Source: Escherichia coli (GTDB lineage: Bacteria; Pseudomonadota; Gammaproteobacteria; Enterobacterales; Enterobacteriaceae). Taken from it: 64,000 bases of DNA. Under the pieces are notes generated by a model. The model was given only the letters and a program-made list of their open reading frames with translations, had not been told where the DNA came from and made no database searches. The position numbers were made by a program, and so were the translations under genes. This document shows positions 9,418 through 19,232 of the stretch, piece by piece; position 1 is the first letter of the stretch, and each line of letters begins with the position of its first letter. Location: assembly GCF_003334785.1 (NCBI RefSeq), contig NZ_QOWV01000002.1; one strand, given 5' to 3'.

Positions 9418-11898
9418 ATGTTGAGAATGACCCCACTTGCATCAGCAATCGTAGCGTTATTGCTCGGCATTGAAGCTTATGCAGCTGAAGAAACCTTTGA
9501 TACCCATTTTATGATAGGTGGAATGAAAGACCAGCAGGTTGCAAATATTCGTCTTGATGATAATCAACCCTTACCGGGGCAGTATGACATCGATATTTAT
9601 GTCAATAAGCAATGGCGCGGGAAATATGAGATTATTGTTAAAGACAACCCGCAAGAAACATGTTTATCAAGAGAAGTTATCAAGCGGTTAGGCATTAATA
9701 GCGATAACTTCGCCAGCGGTAAGCAATGTTTAACATTTGAGCAACTTGTTCAGGGTGGGAGCTATACCTGGGATATCGGGGTTTTTCGTCTCGATTTCAG
9801 TGTCCCGCAGGCCTGGGTGGAAGAACTGGAAAGTGGCTATGTTCCACCGGAAAACTGGGAGCGGGGTATTAATGCGTTTTATACCTCTTATTATCTGAGT
9901 CAGTATTACAGCGACTATAAAGCGTCGGGTAATAACAAGAGTACATATGTACGTTTTAACAGCGGGTTAAATTTACTGGGGTGGCAACTGCATTCTGATG
10001 CCAGTTTCAGTAAAACAAATAACAATCCAGGGGTGTGGAAAAGCAATACCCTGTATCTGGAACGTGGATTTGCCCAACTTCTCGGCACGCTTCGCGTGGG
10101 TGATATGTACACATCAAGCGATATTTTTGATTCTGTTCGCTTCAGAGGTGTGCGGTTGTTTCGTGATATGCAGATGTTGCCTAACTCGAAACAAAATTTT
10201 ACGCCACGGGTGCAGGGGATTGCTCAGAGTAACGCGCTGGTAACTATTGAACAGAATGGTTTTGTCGTTTATCAGAAAGAGGTTCCTCCTGGCCCGTTCG
10301 CGATTACAGATTTGCAGTTGGCCGGTGGTGGAGCAGATCTTGATGTCAGCGTGAAAGAGGCGGACGGCTCGGTAACCACCTATCTGGTGCCTTATGCAGC
10401 GGTGCCAAATATGCTGCAACCCGGCGTGTCGAAATATGATTTAGCGGCGGGTCGTAGCCATATTGAAGGGGCGAGCAAACAAAGTGATTTTGTCCAGGCG
10501 GGTTATCAGTATGGTTTTAATAATTTATTGACGCTGTATGGTGGCTCGATGGTCGCGAATAATTATTACGCGTTTACTTTGGGGGCTGGCTGGAATACAC
10601 GCATTGGTGCCATTTCCGTCGATGCCACTAAGTCGCATAGTAAACAAGACAACGGCGATGTGTTTGACGGGCAAAGTTATCAAATTGCCTACAACAAATT
10701 TGTGAGCCAAACGTCGACGCGTTTTGGTCTGGCGGCCTGGCGTTATTCGTCGCGTGATTACCGGACATTTAACGATCACGTTTGGGCAAACAACAAAGAT
10801 AATTATCGCCGTGATGAAAACGATGTCTATGACATTGCCGATTATTACCAGAACGATTTTGGCCGCAAAAATAGCTTTTCCGCCAATATGAGCCAGTCAT
10901 TGCCAGAAGGTTGGGGGTCTGTGTCATTAAGTACGTTATGGCGAGATTACTGGGGGCGTAGCGGCAGTAGTAAGGATTATCAGTTGAGTTATTCCAACAA
11001 CCTGCGACGGATAAGCTATACCCTCGCGGCAAGCCAGGCTTATGACGAGAATCATCATGAAGAGAAACGTTTTAATATTTTTATATCGATTCCCTTTGAT
11101 TGGGGTGATGACGTTTCGACGCCTCGTCGGCAAATATATATGTCTAACTCAACGACGTTTGATGATCAGGGGTTTGCCTCAAATAATACGGGATTATCAG
11201 GAACAGTAGGGAGTCGGGATCAGTTCAATTATGGTGTCAACCTGAGTCATCAACATCAGGGAAATGAAACGACAGCTGGGGCGAATTTGACCTGGAACGC
11301 GCCGGTTGCGACAGTGAATGGCAGTTATAGTCAGTCGAGTACTTATCGACAGGCTGGAGCCAGTGTTTCAGGGGGCATTGTCGCCTGGTCGGGTGGCGTT
11401 AATCTGGCGAACCGTCTTTCCGAAACGTTTGCTGTGATGAATGCGCCAGGAATTAAAGATGCTTATGTCAATGGGCAAAAATATCGCACAACAAACCGTA
11501 ATGGAGTGGTGATATACGACGGAATGACACCTTATCGGGAAAATCACCTGATGCTGGATGTGTCGCAAAGCGATAGCGAAGCAGAATTACGTGGCAACCG
11601 GAAAATTGCCGCCCCTTATCGCGGCGCGGTTGTACTGGTTAATTTTGATACCGATCAGCGCAAGCCATGGTTTATAAAAGCGTTAAGAGCAGATGGGCAA
11701 TCATTAACGTTTGGTTATGAAGTCAATGATATCCATGGTCATAATATTGGCGTTGTCGGCCAGGGAAGTCAGTTATTTATTCGCACCAATGAAGTACCGC
11801 CATCGGTTAATGTGGCAATTGATAAGCAACAAGGACTTTCATGCACAATCACCTTCGGTAAAGAGATTGATGAAAGTAGAAATTATATTTGCCAGTAA
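9418..11898 (+). CDS. yehB: fimbrial outer-membrane usher
   Basis: ~826 aa, signal peptide MLRMTPLASAIVALLLGIEAYA, size and position typical of an usher; AGGAG before ATG at 9418. Confidence 0.85.
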   Translation: MLRMTPLASAIVALLLGIEAYAAEETFDTHFMIGGMKDQQVANIRLDDNQPLPGQYDIDIYVNKQWRGKYEIIVKDNPQETCLSREVIKRLGINSDNFASGKQCLTFEQLVQGGSYTWDIGVFRLDFSVPQAWVEELESGYVPPENWERGINAFYTSYYLSQYYSDYKASGNNKSTYVRFNSGLNLLGWQLHSDASFSKTNNNPGVWKSNTLYLERGFAQLLGTLRVGDMYTSSDIFDSVRFRGVRLFRDMQMLPNSKQNFTPRVQGIAQSNALVTIEQNGFVVYQKEVPPGPFAITDLQLAGGGADLDVSVKEADGSVTTYLVPYAAVPNMLQPGVSKYDLAAGRSHIEGASKQSDFVQAGYQYGFNNLLTLYGGSMVANNYYAFTLGAGWNTRIGAISVDATKSHSKQDNGDVFDGQSYQIAYNKFVSQTSTRFGLAAWRYSSRDYRTFNDHVWANNKDNYRRDENDVYDIADYYQNDFGRKNSFSANMSQSLPEGWGSVSLSTLWRDYWGRSGSSKDYQLSYSNNLRRISYTLAASQAYDENHHEEKRFNIFISIPFDWGDDVSTPRRQIYMSNSTTFDDQGFASNNTGLSGTVGSRDQFNYGVNLSHQHQGNETTAGANLTWNAPVATVNGSYSQSSTYRQAGASVSGGIVAWSGGVNLANRLSETFAVMNAPGIKDAYVNGQKYRTTNRNGVVIYDGMTPYRENHLMLDVSQSDSEAELRGNRKIAAPYRGAVVLVNFDTDQRKPWFIKALRADGQSLTFGYEVNDIHGHNIGVVGQGSQLFIRTNEVPPSVNVAIDKQQGLSCTITFGKEIDESRNYICQ

Positions 11899-11913
11899 TA
11901 GTCAGGTGGTTCT

Positions 11914-12948
11914 ATGGAAATTCGCATAATGCTATTTATATTAATGATGATGGTTATGCCTGTGAGCTATGCGGCATGTTATAGTGAGTTATCTGTTCAG
12001 CACAACTTGGTTGTTCAGGGGGATTTTGCACTTACTCAAACACAAATGGCGACATATGAGCATAATTTTAATGATTCGTCATGCGTAAGTACAAATACTA
12101 TCACCCCTATGAGCCCGTCGGATATTATTGTTGGACTTTATAACGATACCATAAAATTAAATTTACATTTTGAATGGACCAATAAAAACAACATCACGTT
12201 GTCAAATAATCAGACCAGTTTCACCAGTGGTTATTCAGTTACGGTGACACCTGCGGCCAGTAATGCAAAAGTGAATGTTTCTGCGGGGGGCGGCGGTTCA
12301 GTGATGATTAATGGTGTTGCGACATTATCCAGTGCTTCATCATCGACACGCGGGAGTGCCGCAGTACAATTTCTACTGTGTTTATTAGGTGGCAAGTCAT
12401 GGGATGCATGTGTAAATAGCTACAGAAATGCATTGGCACAAAATGCAGGTGTCTATTCCTTTAATCTGACATTGTCATACAACCCGATAACCACAACCTG
12501 CAAACCGGACGATTTATTAATTACTTTAGACAGTATTCCCGTTTCACAATTACCAGCCACAGGTAACAAAGCAACAATAAATAGTAAACAAGGGGATATT
12601 ATTCTGCGTTGTAAAAATTTATTAGGTCAACAAAATCAAACATCACGGAAAATGCAGGTGTATTTATCAAGTTCTGACTTGTTAACCAACAGCAACACAA
12701 TACTGAAAGGTGCGGAAGATAATGGCGTAGGATTTATTCTTGAAAGTAATGGTTCGCCAGTCACACTTTTAAATATCACTAACAGCAGTAAAGGATATAC
12801 AAATTTAAAGGAAGTTGCGGCGAAGTCAAAACTTACAGATACAACGGTTTCAATTCCGATAACAGCCAGTTACTACGTCTACGATACAAACAAAGTTAAA
12901 TCTGGCGCACTGGAGGCAACCGCATTAATCAACGTGAAATACGACTAA
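11914..12948 (+). CDS. yehA: fimbrial tip adhesin-like subunit
   Basis: 344 aa with signal peptide; last gene of the chaperone-usher operon. Confidence 0.8.
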   Translation: MEIRIMLFILMMMVMPVSYAACYSELSVQHNLVVQGDFALTQTQMATYEHNFNDSSCVSTNTITPMSPSDIIVGLYNDTIKLNLHFEWTNKNNITLSNNQTSFTSGYSVTVTPAASNAKVNVSAGGGGSVMINGVATLSSASSSTRGSAAVQFLLCLLGGKSWDACVNSYRNALAQNAGVYSFNLTLSYNPITTTCKPDDLLITLDSIPVSQLPATGNKATINSKQGDIILRCKNLLGQQNQTSRKMQVYLSSSDLLTNSNTILKGAEDNGVGFILESNGSPVTLLNITNSSKGYTNLKEVAAKSKLTDTTVSIPITASYYVYDTNKVKSGALEATALINVKYD

Positions 12949-13004
12949 TAACAAGCAAGACGAGCAAGTGGCTAATAATAAAAAATAACAAGGTGTCTGC
13001 ATTT

Positions 13005-13031
13005 CCCCCTCATGATGAGGGGGCTTTTTTT
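13005..13031 (+). terminator. intrinsic terminator after yehA
   Basis: CCCCCTCATGATGAGGGGG hairpin followed by CTTTTTTT. Confidence 0.7.
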
Positions 13032-13368
13032 AGCGATGATAAAAAATCTCACCGTCGTAGGCTTTAATGATTTTACCGTCGGTGTCGCTGATCAACACGT
13101 ACGCGCCACCCATATAGGTCCAGTGCGTCCCGGCATCAGGCGCGGGCAGGTTACGCAACTGCCACTGCTTAATGTTGTACTCATCGGTACGGTACATTTC
13201 TGGTACGGTGTCCCCTGGTTTGAAATGCTTAAAGTCAGCAATGAAACTACTTAACTCATACTTAGAAATTCCCGAGGTATTGGTCGAACCCGCGGTGGCT
13301 GGTGCGGCCCAGGCGGCACTGGTAACCAGCAAAAGCGCACCCAGCAACATCTTATTTTTAATGGTCAT
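13030..13368 (-). CDS. rcnB: periplasmic nickel/cobalt homeostasis protein RcnB (112 aa)
   Basis: MTIKNKMLLGALLLVTSAAWA signal peptide; adjacent to rcnA; start trimmed to the internal ATG at 13366-13368. Confidence 0.85.
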   Translation of the reverse strand: MTIKNKMLLGALLLVTSAAWAAPATAGSTNTSGISKYELSSFIADFKHFKPGDTVPEMYRTDEYNIKQWQLRNLPAPDAGTHWTYMGGAYVLISDTDGKIIKAYDGEIFYHR

Positions 13369-13586
13369 AAACTCTCCACTTTGGGGATCTGTAATATCAG
13401 TCGCATATCTTTCCTGCCATACAATATAACTGACAAGCGATATTTTGTTAGTGATCCCATGATTTCGTAAAAAGTGTAAATGAAAGGATGCCCTAAAAGC
13501 ATCCTTAGCGAGCAGAGAGTCAGCGGAAATAGCTGATTTAAGAATCATCCTGGGCTGAAGATAACATGCAAGCCTAAAGGATTGAG

Positions 13587-14411
13587 TTATCGCATTATGC
13601 CCATGAAGCCATGTACGCCCATATACACACCGACTAAGCCAATCAACAGACTGGAAAAATAGGGGGCGCGTTTAGCGAGAGTGTTAAATCCGCTCCAGCG
13701 TTTTGCGACCTGCTGAACGCTGATTGCTGCGCCAACGCCTACGGTGACAAGCGTTAACGCCAGGCCAATGCTGAAACTGACGACCAGTGTTGCGCCCAGT
13801 GTCAGGGCTTTCAACTGAATGCATATCAACAGCACGGTAATTGCTGCCGGGCAGGGGATAAGGCCACCGGTTAAGCCAAATAACAAAATTTGCCAGTTGG
13901 TGACCTCTCTACCATCAAAGCGTCGTTTAATGTCATTGGCATGGGCTCGTGCATGGGCATCCTGATACTCGCCATGTTCGTGATGGTGATGATGTCCATG
14001 GTCGTGGTGATGTTCGTGATCGTGATGATGATGCTCATAATCATGCCCGTGCATATTCTCCAGCCAGTTGCGTTCGCCGCGCCAGGTACGCCAGAACATC
14101 CAGAACGCGGTGCTAATAATGATCACTGCGGAAATCAGCTGGAGCCACGGTTCTGCTGATTGAGCAGTAAAGAGCTTGCTGATCACCATCCCGCCAAAGG
14201 CAATTAACCAGACCACTGCGGTATGCGAAATAGTTGCTGCCAGTCCGAGCATCACCGCTTGTTTAATGGTGCCTTTGATGGCGATGATAAACGCCGCCAT
14301 CATCGTTTTTGAGTGCCCTGGTTCCAGGCCATGAAGCGCACCAAGTAAGATGGCGCTGGGGATGAAGAACCAGGCGTTTCCTTGCTGAAGAAGAGTTGTA
14401 AATTCGGTCAT
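13587..14411 (-). CDS. rcnA: nickel/cobalt efflux permease RcnA with histidine-rich loop
   Basis: 274 aa membrane protein with HGHDYEHHHHDHEHHHDHGHHHHHEHGE loop. Confidence 0.9.
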   Translation of the reverse strand: MTEFTTLLQQGNAWFFIPSAILLGALHGLEPGHSKTMMAAFIIAIKGTIKQAVMLGLAATISHTAVVWLIAFGGMVISKLFTAQSAEPWLQLISAVIIISTAFWMFWRTWRGERNWLENMHGHDYEHHHHDHEHHHDHGHHHHHEHGEYQDAHARAHANDIKRRFDGREVTNWQILLFGLTGGLIPCPAAITVLLICIQLKALTLGATLVVSFSIGLALTLVTVGVGAAISVQQVAKRWSGFNTLAKRAPYFSSLLIGLVGVYMGVHGFMGIMR

Positions 14412-14448
14412 GATAATAATTCTTAGTATTAATTCGGCAATCTGATTC

Positions 14449-14483
14449 TACTCCCCCCCAGTACCTGATACTACCCCCCAGTA
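14449..14483. promoter_or_regulatory. two RcnR operator dyads in the rcnA-rcnR divergent promoter region
   Basis: TACTCCCCCCCAGTA (14449-14463) and TACTACCCCCCAGTA (14469-14483), matching the TACT-G/C tract-AGTA RcnR operator architecture. Confidence 0.75.
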
Positions 14484-14531
14484 GATTAATAGTGCTATGA
14501 TTTTTCATATTCTTGTTAACCAGGTGTTGCC

Positions 14532-14804
14532 ATGTCTCATACAATCCGTGATAAACAGAAACTGAAAGCGCGTGCCAGTAAGATTCAGGGCCAGGTCGTG
14601 GCGCTCAAGAAAATGCTCGACGAGCCGCACGAATGCGCTGCAGTTTTACAACAGATTGCTGCTATCCGTGGCGCGGTAAACGGTCTGATGCGGGAAGTGA
14701 TTAAAGGTCATCTGACGGAACACATCGTTCACCAGGGGGATGAGCTAAAACGTGAAGAAGATCTGGATGTCGTTCTGAAGGTGCTGGATTCATATATCAA
14801 ATAA
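14532..14804 (+). CDS. rcnR: Ni/Co-responsive transcriptional repressor RcnR (CsoR/RcnR family)
   Basis: 90 aa, [61 protein letters not shown]. Confidence 0.9.
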
Positions 14805-14894
14805 TTTATTAACGCGATTGTAAAACTGCCGTTTTTCCTCGTTTACAACGCGTGCGCTGGACATTACCATCCTCCTCTGCGATTTATCATCGCA

Positions 14895-15026
14895 ACCAAA
14901 CGACTCGGGGTGCCCTTCTGCGTGAAGGCTGAGAAATACCCGTATCACCTGATCTGGATAATGCCAGCGTAGGGAAGTCACGGACCACCAGGTCATTGCT
15001 TCTTCACGTTATGGCAGGAGCAAACT
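14895..15026 (+). ncRNA. TPP riboswitch (thi-box) in the thiM leader
   Basis: Contains the conserved thi-box CTGAGAAATACCCGTATCACCTGATCTGGATAATGCCAGCGTAGGGAAG, ending at the thiM Shine-Dalgarno/ATG. Confidence 0.85.
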
Positions 15027-15815
15027 ATGCAAGTCGACCTGCTGGGTTCAGCGCAATCTGCGCACGCGTTACACCTTTTTCACCAACATTCCCCTCTTGT
15101 GCACTGCATGACCAATGATGTGGTGCAAACCTTTACCGCCAATACCTTGCTGGCGCTCGGTGCATCGCCAGCGATGGTTATCGAAACCGAAGAGGCCAGT
15201 CAGTTTGCGGCTATCGCCAGTGCCTTGTTGATTAACGTTGGCACACTGACGCAGCCACGCGCTCAGGCGATGCGTGCTGCCGTTGAGCAAGCAAAAAGCT
15301 CTCAAACACCCTGGACGCTTGATCCAGTAGCGGTGGGTGCGCTCGATTATCGCCGCCATTTTTGTCATGAACTTTTATCTTTTAAACCGGCAGCGATACG
15401 TGGTAATGCTTCGGAAATCATGGCATTAGCTGGCATTGCTAATGGCGGACGGGGAGTGGATACCACTGACGCCGCAGCTAACGCGATACCCGCTGCACAA
15501 ACACTGGCACGGGAAACTGGCGCAATCGTCGTGGTCACTGGCGAGATGGATTATGTTACCGATGGACATCGTATCATTGGTATTCACGGTGGTGATCCGT
15601 TAATGACCAAAGTGGTAGGAACTGGCTGTGCATTATCGGCGGTTGTCGCTGCCTGCTGTGCGTTACCAGGCGATACGCTGGAAAATGTCGCATCTGCCTG
15701 TCACTGGATGAAACAAGCCGGAGAACGCGCAGTCGCCAGAAGCGAGGGACCAGGCAGTTTTGTTCCACATTTCCTTGATGCGCTCTGGCAATTGACGCAG
15801 GAGGTGCAGGCATGA
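15027..15815 (+). CDS. thiM: hydroxyethylthiazole kinase
   Basis: 262 aa, [34 protein letters not shown]... Confidence 0.9.
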
Positions 15816-16612
15816 AACGAATTAACGCTCTGACGATTGCCGGTACTGATCCGAGTGGTGGTGCGGGGATTCAGGCCGATCTTAAAACCTTCTCGGCACT
15901 TGGCGCTTATGGTTGCTCAGTTATTACTGCACTGGTGGCGCAAAATACCCGTGGCGTACAGTCGGTGTATCGCATTGAGCCTGATTTTGTCGCCGCCCAG
16001 CTCGATTCGGTGTTCAGCGATGTGCGAATCGATACCACTAAAATCGGTATGCTGGCGGAAACCGATATTGTTGAAGCGGTGGCAGAACGGTTGCAACGTT
16101 ATCAGATCCAAAACGTGGTACTCGACACCGTTATGCTGGCAAAAAGCGGCGACCCGCTGCTTTCACCTTCGGCGGTTGCTACGCTGCGCAGTCGATTATT
16201 GCCACAGGTTTCATTAATAACGCCAAACTTGCCCGAAGCTGCCGCCTTGCTCGACGCGCCACACGCGCGCACCGAACAGGAAATGCTGGAACAAGGGCGA
16301 TCGCTGTTGGCGATGGGCTGTGGCGCAGTGCTAATGAAAGGTGGTCATCTGGATGATGAGCAAAGCCCGGACTGGCTGTTTACCCGCGAGGGTGAACAAC
16401 GGTTTACCGCACCGCGCATTATGACCAAAAACACCCACGGCACTGGTTGTACACTCTCTGCGGCGTTGGCTGCACTACGCCCGCGCCATACAAACTGGGC
16501 TGACACCGTACAGGAGGCAAAAAGCTGGCTTTCATCGGCGTTAGCCCAGGCCGACACGCTGGAAGTTGGTCACGGTATTGGTCCGGTTCACCACTTCCAC
16601 GCCTGGTGGTGA
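15812..16612 (+). CDS. thiD: hydroxymethylpyrimidine/phosphomethylpyrimidine kinase
   Basis: 266 aa, [34 protein letters not shown]...; start overlaps the thiM stop (ATGA). Confidence 0.9.
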
Positions 16613-16667
16613 GCACCGTACTATAGCTGCTTTGGTTATTGTCAGCCTTTGGCACTGACATTCAGGG

Positions 16668-17495
16668 ATGAAACCAATGCAGCTAAGAATTACCAGTCGA
16701 AAAAAACTCACCTCTCTATTATGCGCTCTTGGGCTAATTTCCATCGTTGCAATTTATCCGCGTCAGACGGTGAATTTTTTCTATTCGACAGCAGTTCAGA
16801 TTACAGACTACATCCACTTCTACGGTTATCGCCCGGTTAAATCTTTCGCTATTCGCATTCCTGCCAGTTACACCATTCACGGAATAGATGTTTCGCGCTG
16901 GCAGGAGCGGATCGACTGGCAGCGGGTGGCAAAAATGCGCGACAACGGTATCCGCTTACAGTTTGCTTTTATTAAGGCGACGGAAGGCGAAAAGCTGGTG
17001 GACCCCTATTTTTCGCGTAACTGGCAACTAAGCCGCGAAAATGGCCTGCTGCGTGGGGCGTATCATTATTTCTCCCCGTCGGTATCCGCTTCAGTTCAGG
17101 CGAGATTATTTCTGCAAACGGTGGATTTCTCACAAGGCGATTTCCCTGCCGTGCTGGACGTAGAAGAACGGGGAAAATTATCGGCAAAAGAATTACGCAA
17201 GCGGGTAAGTCAGTGGCTAAAAATGGTCGAAAAAAGTACGGGGAAAAAGCCGATTATTTACTCAGGAGCCGTTTTTTATCACACCAATCTGGCGGGCTAT
17301 TTCAATGAATATCCGTGGTGGGTGGCTCACTACTATCAACGTCGTCCGGACAATGACGGAATGGCCTGGCGCTTCTGGCAGCATTCCGACCGTGGACAGG
17401 TAGATGGCATCAATGGTCCGGTGGATTTTAATGTATTTAATGGCACGGTGGAGGAGTTGCAGGCATTCGTTGATGGGATTAAAGAAACGCCTTAA
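16668..17495 (+). CDS. yegX: GH25-type muramidase-like protein
   Basis: 275-aa ORF with N-terminal hydrophobic segment; assignment from synteny and family recollection. Confidence 0.7.
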   Translation: MKPMQLRITSRKKLTSLLCALGLISIVAIYPRQTVNFFYSTAVQITDYIHFYGYRPVKSFAIRIPASYTIHGIDVSRWQERIDWQRVAKMRDNGIRLQFAFIKATEGEKLVDPYFSRNWQLSRENGLLRGAYHYFSPSVSASVQARLFLQTVDFSQGDFPAVLDVEERGKLSAKELRKRVSQWLKMVEKSTGKKPIIYSGAVFYHTNLAGYFNEYPWWVAHYYQRRPDNDGMAWRFWQHSDRGQVDGINGPVDFNVFNGTVEELQAFVDGIKETP

Positions 17496-17546
17496 ATAAG
17501 AAGCAGTGATATACTCCCACCAGACTCCCCGGCAGGAAAAAGACAA

Positions 17547-18293
17547 ATGGAACAAGCGCATACCCAGCTGATTGCCCAACTGAACGAGCGTATTTTAGCG
17601 GCGGATAACACGCCGCTTTATATTAAGTTTGCCGAAACGGTAAAAAATGCCGTGCGCAGCGGGGTGCTGGAGCATGGCAATATTTTGCCCGGTGAGCGTG
17701 ATTTAAGTCAGTTAACCGGCGTTTCGCGCATTACGGTGCGCAAGGCGATGCAGGCGCTGGAAGAAGAGGGTGTGGTGACGCGTTCGCGCGGTTACGGCAC
17801 GCAGATCAACAACATCTTCGAATACTCGTTGAAAGAAGCGCGAGGTTTTTCTCAGCAGGTGGTATTGCGCGGGAAAAAGCCCGATACGCTATGGGTTAAC
17901 AAGCGTGTCGTGAAATGTCCCGAAGAAGTCGCGCAGCAGCTGGCGGTCGAAGCAGGAAGTGATGTCTTTTTGCTTAAGCGTATTCGCTATGTCGATGAAG
18001 ATGCGGTATCGATTGAGGAATCGTGGGTTCCGGCGCATTTAATTCATGATGTTGATGCCATCGGGATTTCACTTTATGACTATTTCCGCAGCCAGCACAT
18101 TTACCCACAACGTACGCGTTCCCGCGTTAGCGCCCGGATGCCGGATGCCGAGTTTCAGTCACATATTCAGTTAGATAGCAAAATACCGGTGCTGGTGATC
18201 AAGCAAGTGGCGCTTGACCAACAGCAACGGCCTATTGAGTACAGCATTAGCCACTGTCGCAGCGATCTATACGTTTTTGTGTGCGAGGAGTAG
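17547..18293 (+). CDS. yegW: GntR-family (HutC-like) transcriptional regulator
   Basis: N-terminal winged helix (RDLSQLTGVSRITVRKAMQALEEEGVV) plus UTRA-like C-terminus. Confidence 0.8.
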   Translation: MEQAHTQLIAQLNERILAADNTPLYIKFAETVKNAVRSGVLEHGNILPGERDLSQLTGVSRITVRKAMQALEEEGVVTRSRGYGTQINNIFEYSLKEARGFSQQVVLRGKKPDTLWVNKRVVKCPEEVAQQLAVEAGSDVFLLKRIRYVDEDAVSIEESWVPAHLIHDVDAIGISLYDYFRSQHIYPQRTRSRVSARMPDAEFQSHIQLDSKIPVLVIKQVALDQQQRPIEYSISHCRSDLYVFVCEE

Positions 18294-19232
18294 TTCCTCG
18301 CGCGTTGGCGCACAATCACCGCCCCGATGCCCGACAACCCACGACGCCACTGCATTGCCCAGTAATACGGCATCCGCCAGTGGCAGACCAGAGGCCAGCC
18401 CGGCAAGTACGCCACCGGCATGACTGTCGCCCGCCCCAATGGTGTCGACAACTTGCGTTGGAAATGCCGGAATGCAGCCAGAAGCGTCGTTGCTGAAATA
18501 CCATGCGCCTTCTTTATCGAGACGAACGATCAACGGCGCGGCAAATTTCTCCTGCCATTGCTTGCCAAGTGTTGTTATCTCTGCGGATAAAGCAAAACGT
18601 TCGGCGGCAATCTCAGCCTCTTGACGATTGAGCGACACTAAAGGTCGACAGGCCATGATCCGCGCCAGTAATGCATCCGGGATATCGCCAATACGTGGGC
18701 CAAAATCGATAAACGGCGTCACGTCTTGCAGCTCTTCCAGCCATTCCACTAACAATTCGCCGCAGGGCGAGGCCAGTTGATAACCGGAAAAATAGAGCAG
18801 GCTGCCAGGCGCAACGGTTAATCGCGCCAGCCACTGGCGATTCCACTGATTTTCAACACCGCTGAATGACATAAAAGTGCGTTCGCCATCCGGCTCAACC
18901 AGCGCCAGACACCAGCCGTTATCACCTTCGGCGTTATCGATCAGGCTGATTAAGCCCTCTTTTGCCATCCGGTTGCGAATAATCTCCGCCCACACGCCCT
19001 GACCGAGCGGCAAGGCATTACCCGCTTCGATGCCGAGGCGCTTTAACGCCACGGCAATATTCAGTGCGCAGCCGCCAACGTTAACGCTCTGCTGTTTCAG
19101 TTCGATATCGCACCCACGCCAGGGGAGGGCATAAGCGTCGGCGATCACGTCAATGACCGCCGCGCCGACGACCATCACCGACTGACGCGTGGTTAATTCA
19201 GGCAGCAGCGTGTGTAATCGAGCGCCGCTCAT
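18267..19232 (-). CDS. yegV: PfkB-family sugar kinase
   Basis: 321 aa, C-terminal DTIGAGD motif typical of the ribokinase/PfkB family. Confidence 0.8.
   Translation of the reverse strand: MSGARLHTLLPELTTRQSVMVVGAAVIDVIADAYALPWRGCDIELKQQSVNVGGCALNIAVALKRLGIEAGNALPLGQGVWAEIIRNRMAKEGLISLIDNAEGDNGWCLALVEPDGERTFMSFSGVENQWNRQWLARLTVAPGSLLYFSGYQLASPCGELLVEWLEELQDVTPFIDFGPRIGDIPDALLARIMACRPLVSLNRQEAEIAAERFALSAEITTLGKQWQEKFAAPLIVRLDKEGAWYFSNDASGCIPAFPTQVVDTIGAGDSHAGGVLAGLASGLPLADAVLLGNAVASWVVGHRGGDCAPTREELLLAHKNV

Noticed and set aside
13890-14159. Highly repetitive stretch that could be mistaken for a tandem repeat or CRISPR-like array
   Set aside because: It is the His-codon run of rcnA (CAT/CAC repeats in coding sequence); there are no spacer-repeat units and no cas genes nearby
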